Shown here: positions 38,184-47,100 of the stretch, one piece after another
Layout: the number at the start of each line of letters is the position of its first letter
Numbering within the stretch: position 1 is the stretch's first letter
Origin: Chiloscyllium plagiosum
Lineage: Eukaryota
Direction of reading: 5' to 3'
Length of the DNA: 47,686 nucleotides
Assembly (NCBI RefSeq): GCF_004010195.1
Contig: NC_057718.1
Coordinates: forward strand, 76,144,334-76,192,019
Position numbers and translations under genes: made by a program
The notes under the pieces: generated by a model
The model's database searches: none
What the model saw: the letters and a program-made list of their open reading frames with translations, nothing else
Told to the model about the DNA's origin: nothing

Positions 38184-38789
38184 CTGCAGAGTTGAAAAGA
38201 AAGAATCAGGAAAAAGCCAAAGAAAAAATCCTCGCTTGTCACAGTAATGCTAAATCAATGTAGACTGGCCTCCTGCCAAATACCTAAATTGTACAATTAA
38301 CTCAGGCCTTGCCATGCCCTATGGTGAAAGATCACCTCAACAGTCATAAAACTTACACCAATATATAGTTAATTGACAACTACACTTAACAAATATTTTC
38401 AGAAGACAGCTTACACCTTTTCCCTAGTTTCAGTTCTCCTCCACAGATATAATTGAAATAATTAATCAATAAATATCTGCAAGAAAATTTGTATGTTCTT
38501 TGCTTTCTTCCTTAGGATCAGGGTGCTCTGTTTGATTGGAAGCTGCAGTCACAGATGGTATTGAAGGTCCTTTAGATCTTGCATGGAACCTTTCTACAAT
38601 TCCTGACAAAACAAACAGTGGAAGTAATCCATCATTGAAATTTGATGGAACTTGAAGCCATTTGCACCACTGCTTTACGTTATTTAAAATTTTAGTTTCC
38701 TTCATGCCACACTCTCCTGATTTCAATAACTGACACATTCACTCAAGAGTCTGAAATGCACAATTTCAAGTTTCACAGCAGCAACTGCA

Positions 38790-39150
38790 TAGTAAATCTA
38801 AACTGACGTTCCAGTATTAAGAATGATTATTAAAGGTAGAGCTTTTGACATGAGATATCAAAACAATGCAGAACCTTTTGTGGTTATTCAAATGGATATG
38901 AAAGATCTTATAACAATGTTTGTGACATTGAATTGGTGCCCCAGTCAGCTTCCTAACGACCAAGATAGATCAGGTTATTAATTTAAAAGTTACATGTGGA
39001 ATTGGTGTTATCAGTAGGAAACAATACATTTAAAAAGCAAGTAAACAGGAATTGTAAAAGTTAACAGTAACATTTCTTCATTAGCTGGAAAGCATTTAGC
39101 ATGTTCTGAGGAAGTCACTTTAAAAATGCCGATTCTTTTCTTTTTATAAA
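38790..39150 (+). mobile_element. Very old SINE remnant, Deu-SINE-like
   Basis: tgagatatcaaaac...tggatatgaaagatct resembles the recalled Deu core; L2-like tail. A second remnant lies at 45815-46075. Confidence 0.45.
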
Positions 39151-39379
39151 TATAATTCTTTATTTAAGTCTCATTTGTTAAAGAATTAATAGTTACTACA
39201 CAATACCAATAACTTGCTGTGTTAAAACAAGAAAATTTCTGCAACACTGCCGTGAAACAGTTATAAAAAGGATGAAACCAATTACATTAAGTTTTCTGAT
39301 AGTGCCATCCAGTGGCATGAATTATGTACTACTACATATAAGTAAACTATTCAAGCAAAGTAGACATGATGCATTGGAA

Positions 39380-40135
39380 TGGACAAGTATCAGATATTTT
39401 GAATAAGGATTTAAATGGCGCTTGGAAGAAACTTGAATTCATTGTCAGGCTGGAAGCTTGAATAGGGATATGATGAGGGGGATCCCATACTGAATAAAAT
39501 GTGGAAGTCTGAATTTCTGTCTGCTATGGGTTTTAATCAGTATCAATCACAGGGAGGTAGCATCAAGTACCCTTACTCTTTCTGAAAATGTGTTGTAAAG
39601 GTATCTACGCCCATTCCAATGGAATTGGCAGAGGACAAGAATTTAAAACTGAAGCTAAGGATAGGCCATTCAGAACACAAACAGAAAGTAGATCTTTAGG
39701 CTAGTAAGCTGGTTTTGTTCAATCTTCAAACCAATATTCCACTTGCCTTTTTGATTACAGTTTCTATCTGTGCACGAACTTGCAGCAATCTGTATACATG
39801 AACAGTTTTGCGCCTCAACAATTCCTAGAATTTCACCATTATAAAAATATTCTGGTTTGTATTTCTCAAGACTCAATATGAATGATATTGCACTCTTATG
39901 TTGAACTGCATCTGCCACATTTCTGGTACTATCTACAAGACTTAGTGTTACTCTGAACTTTATCTCTTTTGTAAATTTGGATATACAACTGGATTCTTTC
40001 AAAGTTAACATATATGATGAAAAGCACAGGCTGTTGTAGAGCACCACTCATTATATCCTGATGCTCTCCAAATACTCGCTTTATTCCTACCAATTGCCCG
40101 TATCCAATCATTACCTCTAATTCTGTGCGCTGATT
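39380..40135. mobile_element. Degenerate CR1 fragments in both orientations
   Basis: Plus-strand RT C-terminal remnant to ~39680, then a minus-strand remnant (PVLFIIYVN, SKFTKEIK). Confidence 0.5.
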
Positions 40136-40140
40136 CTTGG

Positions 40141-40677
40141 AGGAGAAAGTGAGGACTGCAGATGCTGGAGATCAGAGCTGAAAATGTGTTGCTGGAATGC
40201 AGGTTAGGGAGGCGGTGCTGAGTTCGAGGGGTTTGGCTGAGACAAGGTGGGGGGAGGGGAAATGAGGAAACTGGAGAAATCTGAGTTCATCCCTTGTGGT
40301 TGGAGGGTTCCTAGGCGGAAGATGAGGTGCTCTTCCTCCAACCGTCGTGTTGCTACAGTCTGGCGATGGAGGAGTCCAAGGACCTGCATGTCCTTGGTGG
40401 AGTGGGAGGGGGAGTTGAAGTGTTGAGCCACGGGGTGATTGGGTTGGTTGGTCCAGATGTCCCAGAGGTGTTCTCCGAAACGTTCCGCAAGTAGGCGGCC
40501 TGTCTCCCCAAAATAGAGGAGGCCACATCGGTTGCAGCGGATGCAATAAATGATGTGTGTGGAGGTGCAGGTGAATTTGTGGCGGATATGGAAGTATCCC
40601 TTGGGGCCTTGGAGGGAAGTAAGGGGGGAGGTGTGGGCGCAAGTTTTGTATTTCTTGCGGTTGCAGGGGAAGGTGCC
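40141..40677 (-). mobile_element. Young 5'-truncated PLE: GIY-YIG endonuclease frame joined to the family A terminus
   Basis: Uninterrupted frame 40677-40204: GTFPCNRKKYKTCAH...FTCTSTHIIYCIRCNRCGLLYFGETGRLLAERFGEH...PVAQHFN...RRLEEEHLIFRLGTLQPQGMN. The Cys-rich linker suggests the Neptune group. 40141-40197 matches the fold-back element terminus. Confidence 0.92.
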
Positions 40678-40944
40678 TCATTCACAATGCGTTCTAACTG
40701 AAGTTTTTATGCATTTCAACTATAAGGTGCTCTTGCATATAATGTAGACAGGATCATTTTCTTTTTTGCATGCTCAAAAATACCCACATTTATGTACTTA
40801 TGCCTCCACACACACGCACACAAACCTATATTTAGATAAATACTTGAAATGACACTGCCTAGAAGATTACAGGCTAAGTGCTGGGAAACAGGATTACAGT
40901 AGATAAGTGCTTGAGACTGGCAACGACATAATGGCCTTCAAACA

Positions 40945-41240
40945 TTTTTTAAAATTCATTCATGGAAATGTGGGCATAACTGACTGGTCCAGCATTATCC
41001 AGAATTAGCTTGTCACAAATTGCCCAGAACGCAGTTAAGAGTTAACTACATTGCTGTGGGTCTCGACTCACATGTAAACCAGACCAAGTAAGCACAGACG
41101 CTTCCCTAAAGGACATCAGAGAACCTCACAATCAACAATGGTTTCATGATTTTTTAAAAATTCAATTCAAATTCCAGCTGTGATTCAAACCTGGGCCCTC
41201 CAAAACCTGGGATTCTGGAGTAATAGCCTAGTGAGAATAT
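40945..41240 (-). mobile_element. tRNA-head SINE (same family as 31845-32372)
   Basis: attcattcatgg...cagttaagagttaactacattgctgtggg...ttccctaaaggacat. Confidence 0.7.
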
Positions 41241-41338
41241 TGTAGAAAATGTTAATCAGGGCAACTTATGAACTTCCACACAATTTCTATAAACGTGCAC
41301 TGTATTATTTGAGCCGGTAATCTACCTCCTCTGAATGG

Positions 41339-41549
41339 AAAAAGTGAGGACTGCAGATGCTGGAGATCAGAGCTGAAAAGGTGTTGCTGGAAAAGCGCAG
41401 CAGGTCAGGCAGCATCCAAGGAACAGGAGAATCGACGTTTCGGGCATAAGCCCTTCTTCAGGAATCAGGGCTTATGCCCGAAACGTCGATTCTCCTGTTC
41501 CTTGGATGCTGCCTGACCTGCTGCGCTTTTCCAGCAACACATTTTCAGC
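41339..41549. mobile_element. Very young fold-back PLE-terminus element (family A)
   Basis: ~85 bp arms with one mismatch; perfect 18-bp TSD tctacctcctctgaatgg at 41321-41338 and 41550-41567. Confidence 0.94.
41429..41466 (-). ncRNA. Minimal type-I hammerhead ribozyme motif
   Basis: GATTC-CTGAAGA-A-GGGC-TTAT-GCCC-GAAAC-GTC-GATTC: full core, 4-bp stem II, 5-position stem I with one U-U mismatch, palindromic ACGT. Confidence 0.78.
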
Positions 41550-41999
41550 TCTACCTCCTCTGAATGGCCAACACTGAAAATGAGTCCATTGTTACTGTTC
41601 AGCTTTTCTTTCAAAACCTTTTATGCAAAATCAATGCCATTGACTTTATACTTATGTCACGTGTTTAAAGTGAAAACCACTACCCAATGTTCAACTGCAT
41701 TGTATATCTCATCAGGCTAAAAACTGTTAACTGCCTGTGCCCCTAGTTTAATGCTGTCTGCAATTTAAAAACAAAACTTAACTGGCTTTTATATGCAGAT
41801 AAAAAAATGGATCTAAACATTGACACTTTGTTTTCCTTTCAAAGTGACCTTTTCCATTGAACAACTCCCTGTGACCGTGTAACACACTGCCTGCCAACAA
41901 ATTCTTATCCAGGTCCATTTTCTACCTTAAATTCTCAGTCAAATCTACCACATGAGACATTGCAAAAATCCTTCTGATGGTTCAAATAAACAATTTAAC

Positions 42000-43410
42000 A
42001 TAGAAAAAAATACAGCGCAGTACAGGCCCTTTGGCCCTCGATGTTGCACCGATCCAAGCCCACCTAACCTACACTAGCCCACTATCCTCCATATGCCTAT
42101 GCAATGCCCGTTTAAATGCCTATAAAGAGGGAGAGTCCACCACTGCTACTGGCAGGGCATTCCATGAACTCACGCTGAGTAAAGAATCTGTCCTAACATC
42201 TGTCCTATACCTACCACCCCCTAACATCTGTCCTATACCTACCATCCCTTAATTTAAAGCTATGCCCCCTCGTAATAGCTGACTCCATACATGGAAAAAG
42301 GTTCTCACGGTCAACTCTATCTAAACCCCTAATCATCTTGTATACCTCTATCAAGCCGCCCCTACACCTTCTTTTCTCCAATGAAAACAGCCCCAAGTGC
42401 CTCAGCCTTTCCTCATACGATCTTCCTACCATACCAGGCAACATCCTGGTAAACCTCCTCTGCACCCGTTCCAGTGCCTCCACATCCTTCCTATAGTATG
42501 GCGACCAAAACTGCACACAATACTCCAGATGCGGCCGCACCAGAGTCTTATACAACTGCAACATGACCTCAGGACTCCGGAACTCAATTCCTCTACCAAT
42601 AAAAGCCAGTACGCCATATGTCTTCTTCACCGCACTATTTACCTGGNNNNNNNNNNNNNNNNNNNNNNNNNNNNNNNNNNNNNNNNNNNNNNNNNNNNNN
42701 NNNNNNNNNNNNNNNNNNNNNNNNNNNNNNNNNNNNNNNNNNNNNNNNNNNNNNNNNNNNNNNNNNNNNNNNNNNNNNNNNNNNNNNTGGGGAACCTTAT
42801 CAAACGCCTTTCTAAAATCCATATACACCACATCTACCGCTTTACTCTCGTCTACCTCCTTAGTCACCTTCTCAAAGAATTCAATAAGGTTTGTGAGGCA
42901 CGACCTGCCCTTCACTAAACCATGCTGACTATCCTTGATCACATTATTCCTATCCAGATGTTCATAAATCCTATCCCTTACAATTCTCTCTAAGACTTTG
43001 CCCACAACAGAAGTGAGACTCACCGGTCTATAGTTACTAGGGTTATCCCTACTCCCCTTCTTGAACAAGAGAACTACATTTGCTATCCTCCAATCTTCTG
43101 GCACTATTCCTATAGACAACGAGGACATAAAAATCAAGGCCAATGGCTCTGCAATCTCCTCCCTTGCTTCCCAGAGAATCCTAGGATAAATGCCATCAGG
43201 CCCAGGAGACTTACCTATTTTCACCCTTTCCAGAATTTCCAACACCTCTTCCCTACATACCTCAAAGTCGTCCAATCTAATTAATCATGACTCAATATTC
43301 ACATTGGCAACAATGTCCTGTTCCTGAGTGAATACTGATGAAAAGTATTCATTCAGTGTCTCCCCAATCTCTTCAGCCTCCACACGCAACTTCCCATTAC
43401 TATCCTTGAC
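42000..43410 (-). mobile_element. Young 5'-truncated CR1 LINE (RT), spanning an assembly gap
   Basis: ORF 42211..43275: KSPGPDGI, NYRPVSLTS, QHGL, YMDFRKAFDKVP, LEYCVQFWSP. 28-bp tandem duplication at 42192-42247. Confidence 0.93.
42647..42786. other. Assembly gap (140 N)
   Basis: Run of n characters. Confidence 1.
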
Positions 43411-43696
43411 AGGGAATTTAGCAGGGAATACCTGTGGTTTTCAGCTATAGAGTTACAAAATAAAAGGTGGCTTGTCAATCACATGTACTCTCTTATAATA
43501 TTAATACTTATTGTTCTCTATTAACTAAAGTGTCACTATTCAGCTATTTATCCATAAAGTGACTTCACTATTTTACCCATTGCTGACTATTAAAGCCATG
43601 GGGCCATGGTCAAGACTCTGCTTTTAAACAAACAGTCACTTCATTTATACTGCCCGTTAATACTTACAGAAATTTAAAATGAACAGTATTACTTAC

Positions 43697-43813
43697 TTTA
43701 AATAGAAATCTATGATAACATCATTCAAGAATTCTCCCTCTTTCAGACAATAGAGATCTTCATTAGTCACAGATATGCCACCCTTGGATGGAGGAGGTGG
43801 GTAAACTACCAGC
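43697..43813 (-). CDS. SENP6: SENP6 exon: [38 protein letters not shown](K), start of C48 domain with the SENP6/7 loop-1
   Basis: tttttaccag acceptor, AA|gtaagt donor, 117 nt, phase 2 to 2. Contains YPPPPxKGG and [11 protein letters not shown] motifs. Confidence 0.96.
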
Positions 43814-44469
43814 CTGGTAAAAACAGAACCACACTTGGAGCCATAAAATTCCTTGAGAGATGGAAATGTATGCAAATTATAAGCATTTTCTCATTCTAGA
43901 CAGTGCAACATTCAAAACTATGTGGCAATCATTTTAAGTGTATAAAGCACCAGATGAAATTCCAAGCTGCTGCAGAAATGCTCTTCCAGTCAGGTTTACA
44001 TCAGAAATCATCTTAATTGAGCTGAAGGATGGTGAGGAGGAGAAATGTACAACAAAAAATCAAGAAAGTAAATTTGGTGATCTAGTGGGTTTAGGGTTCC
44101 AGAAAAATTAATGGTTGCGAAAATTTCTGCTGCATTTTCTTCCTCCATCGGCTAATATTTGGCCTCAGCTTAAAATCCATCACAATTGAAACACCAAATT
44201 CTGTACAAAATGGAATGGGGAATCTGAACCCCTCTGTGTCCCCATTCATTTTATACATACCTATATGTCAACTGTTAATAACTTTTATAAAATATAACTT
44301 TTGTTACCTTCAAAAAGGTAACATTTTATGATTGAAATCCGTAAACCAGCCTTGTGGATCACTTCAACAGCATATTTGGTCTATTTCATTATTCTGAAAT
44401 AAACTGTAGTTTGTTTCAAGGACTTTTACTTAACTATTGAGAGTTTTCCTCTCAGTTTAATAGACTTAC

Positions 44470-44561
44470 TTTTCAATGGGACCCGTAAAGGAAGTATGGG
44501 ATGCTCCCAGACCATCATCAGTTGAAAGGCTGGCGTTTCGCAAACAATATTTGGAGGAAGC
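44470..44561 (-). CDS. SENP6: SENP6 coding exon (most 5' exon supported in window): ASSKYCLRNASLSTDDGLGASHTSFTGPIE(K)
   Basis: ttcttctag acceptor, AA|gtaagt donor, 92 nt, phase 0 to 2. HTSFTGPIEK matches the SENP6 segment just before the catalytic domain (recalled human HTIFIGPVEK) and joins in frame to the next exon. Confidence 0.85.
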
Positions 44562-44717
44562 CTAGAAGAATAGATTAAAAACATGTGACATGTAGGTAAA
44601 GAAGAAAACAGAAGCAATGTTGGGAAATGGGGGAAAGAAGGGATTGAGGGAGAGTGGACGAGAGAAAAGGGTGGGAAACAGAGAAAGAGACATGGAGAAT
44701 GGAAGAGAGAGGAGAAA

Positions 44718-44721
<4 letters not shown>

Positions 44722-44786
<65 letters not shown>

Positions 44787-44820
44787 AAGAGAGACAGAAA
44801 GAGAGAGACACACACACACT
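44722..44820. repeat. (GA)n microsatellite with a short (CA)n, inside a purine-rich tract 44600-44945
   Basis: About 30 uninterrupted GA units at 44722-44782, then degenerate GA/GAAA and (CA)n. Confidence 0.97.
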
Positions 44821-45814
44821 ATGGGAGAGACGGATGGAGCAGGAGAAAGGGGGGAAGCGGAAGCGAGAGAGACAGATACACTGAGAAAGAGCAACATGAA
44901 CTTGGGGGAAGGGGAGTTGCAGAGGCGGGCAGAGAGAAAGGAAAACATAGTAACTTACTGCTGTTATCCCAGTAATTTTTCCCTCCATTAGACTAACAGA
45001 TAGTACTGCTTGATATCAGTTGCCTTGTGACACTATTTTAAGGCTCTCCTACTTGCATTGTCAGTTTGCTGTGAGAGCCTTGTCCCTCTCAACTATCTGA
45101 TATCATGTGCCTATCTTTAGTTCTTACTTCTTAGCAACCAATCACAGCAGGTCAATTAGTTCTTGACAACTTCAGTTCCTTTCATTTACAGATGGAATGA
45201 AAATAACTAGTGTTTGACATTTAATTAGAACTTTAATTATATCTGGTCGAATACTGCTTGGTCTGAAACTTCATTAACTTGCTGACTCAATTCAGTAGAA
45301 AACCTACTTTCACTAGTTTGGGAAGCAGGTGAAGTTGACATTTGCAACATCCTTTCATGGCAAGTTGAAGGTTAATAATACCTGAAGAGACCTTACTTCT
45401 GCATTATTACACCTTGTATACTGTTAGAAACCTATTCAGATTTTTAAGAACATGCCAGAGTCTACCTTGAAACATAATTGTCAATGAAAAATAGGGGTCA
45501 AACTATATCGATAGCAAGCCAGTGATATCGCACTGAATGAGCAGAAAAACTGCATAAAAGAACCTCACTTGCCAAAGTTAGTGCCTGACTGCCATTGTCA
45601 GAGCAGCAAGGTCACTGATCCAGGACCATGTAAAATCTCCTTCATATTAAGTACAGAAACAGCATTTCCTCAGTAATGGTGGTCCCTCTCTTCTGCTGAG
45701 ATTGCCAATTCATGTTTATATAGATTTGCAGATCCTGGTTACATTCGTTGCTCCTTTCAGGAGAAACCATTCTTAATTTTGGAGCTTTGATTGCAAAAGC
45801 CTGCAGGCTGATAA

Positions 45815-46075
45815 GACTACATTTATATAATATTATTCATGACCTCACAGCATCTCCACAACCAAATTACAACTAGGACTACTTGAGAACTGTAATAACT
45901 GTTGCAACATAAGGAATGTCAATTTAAACATAGTTAACTCACACAAACGGAAATGAAATAAATGACCAATTAATTTGTTTTAGATGTTGGTTGATGGATA
46001 AATACTGGCCAGGGTACTGGGAGATGTCAAGTGAACTCTCCTAATTTTCTTCAAATGTTGCCATAGGATTTTATA
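45815..46075 (-). mobile_element. Old SINE remnant, Deu-SINE-like
   Basis: ataaatactggccaggg...tcttcaaatgttgccataggatttta resembles the reverse Deu core; catttatata tail. Confidence 0.5.
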
Positions 46076-46084
46076 TTATAGGTT

Positions 46085-47100
46085 ATTCATCATAGATGAC
46101 TTTCAGCGAATCAGGTTGGTAGTGAATTGCAAGAAAAAGAATTTGTTGAATGTCTACAAGATGGCTTTTTGGAGAAGCTTGTGGTGGAGCTCACTAGGGA
46201 ACAAGCAGACTTGATAAGGGAGCTTAAGGTGAAGAAACTCTTAGGAGGCAGTGATTATAGTATGATTGAATTTACTCTGCAATTGGAGAGGGAGAAGATA
46301 GAATCAGGGGAAGTGGTATTAAAACTGAATAAAGGCAACAACAGAAGTCTGAGGGAGGAGCTGGGTAGAAATGACTGGGAGGGGAGCCCAGCAGGAAGGA
46401 CAGTAGAACATCAATGGCAGGAGTGTCTGGGAATAATTCAGGAGACATAGAGATTCATCCTGAGGAAAAGGAAGCATGGTATGGGGGGGGGGGGGTGGAA
46501 ATGAGGCAACCATAGCTAACTCAAGAAGTCAGGGATAGCATAAAAGCAAAAGAGAAAGCAAATAATGTGGCGAAGGGCAGTGGGAAACCAGAGGATTGGG
46601 AAGCTTACAGAGACCAATAGAATGGAACGACAAAAAGATTAAATATGAGAGTAAGCTAGCTCGTAGCATATAGGACGACTGTAAGGGCTTCTTTAAATAA
46701 ATACAGGGCAAAGGAAAGGCAAAAGGGCACATTGGGCTGCTGGAAAATGTCACTGGAGAGATAGCAGTGGGGAAGGAAATAGTTGATGAATTGAATATTT
46801 ACTTCGCATCAGTCTTCACAGTGAAGACATGAGTAATATCCCAAAACTTTGAGTACGTGAGGGGGATAGAGCTAAGTATGATCAAGGCCATGATCAAGGA
46901 GAAGATGTTAGAAAAACTGAATGGCCTGAAGGTGGATAAATCACCTAGGCCAGATGGACTACACCCTAGGGTTCTAAGGGAGATCACTAAAATGATAGTG
47001 GAGGCACTAGTGGTGATCTTTCAGGAATCGTTAGAGTCAGGGAAGGTTCCAGAGGACTGGAAAATCACTAACTTGACAGCCCTGTTTAAAAAGGCAGTAA
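46085..47100 (+). mobile_element. CR1 LINE ORF2 fragment, interrupted by the L1 at 47101
   Basis: EFVECLQDGFLEKLV, GSDYSMIEF, KSPRPDGLHPRVL; homologous to 17230-18150. Confidence 0.88.

Noticed and set aside
1463..41549. Repeated ~130-bp units that might suggest a CRISPR-like or bacterial array
   Set aside because: The copies are dispersed, each has its own TSD, there are no regular spacers or cas genes, and the context is a spliced vertebrate gene.
13247..44561. Assignment to SENP7 instead of SENP6
   Set aside because: [26 protein letters not shown] and the long insertion after FPGL fit SENP6 better. A SENP6-like paralogue cannot be excluded without synteny or phylogeny.
44426..44991. Several 76-137 aa ORFs with SLSLSL or RERERE runs
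   Set aside because: Translations of the (GA)n microsatellite; only 44470-44561 in a different frame is a real exon.
46483..46495. Poly-G run, and G-rich tract at 24519-24548, as G-quadruplex candidates
   Set aside because: Both lie inside decayed retroelements and look like slippage expansions; nothing supports a function.
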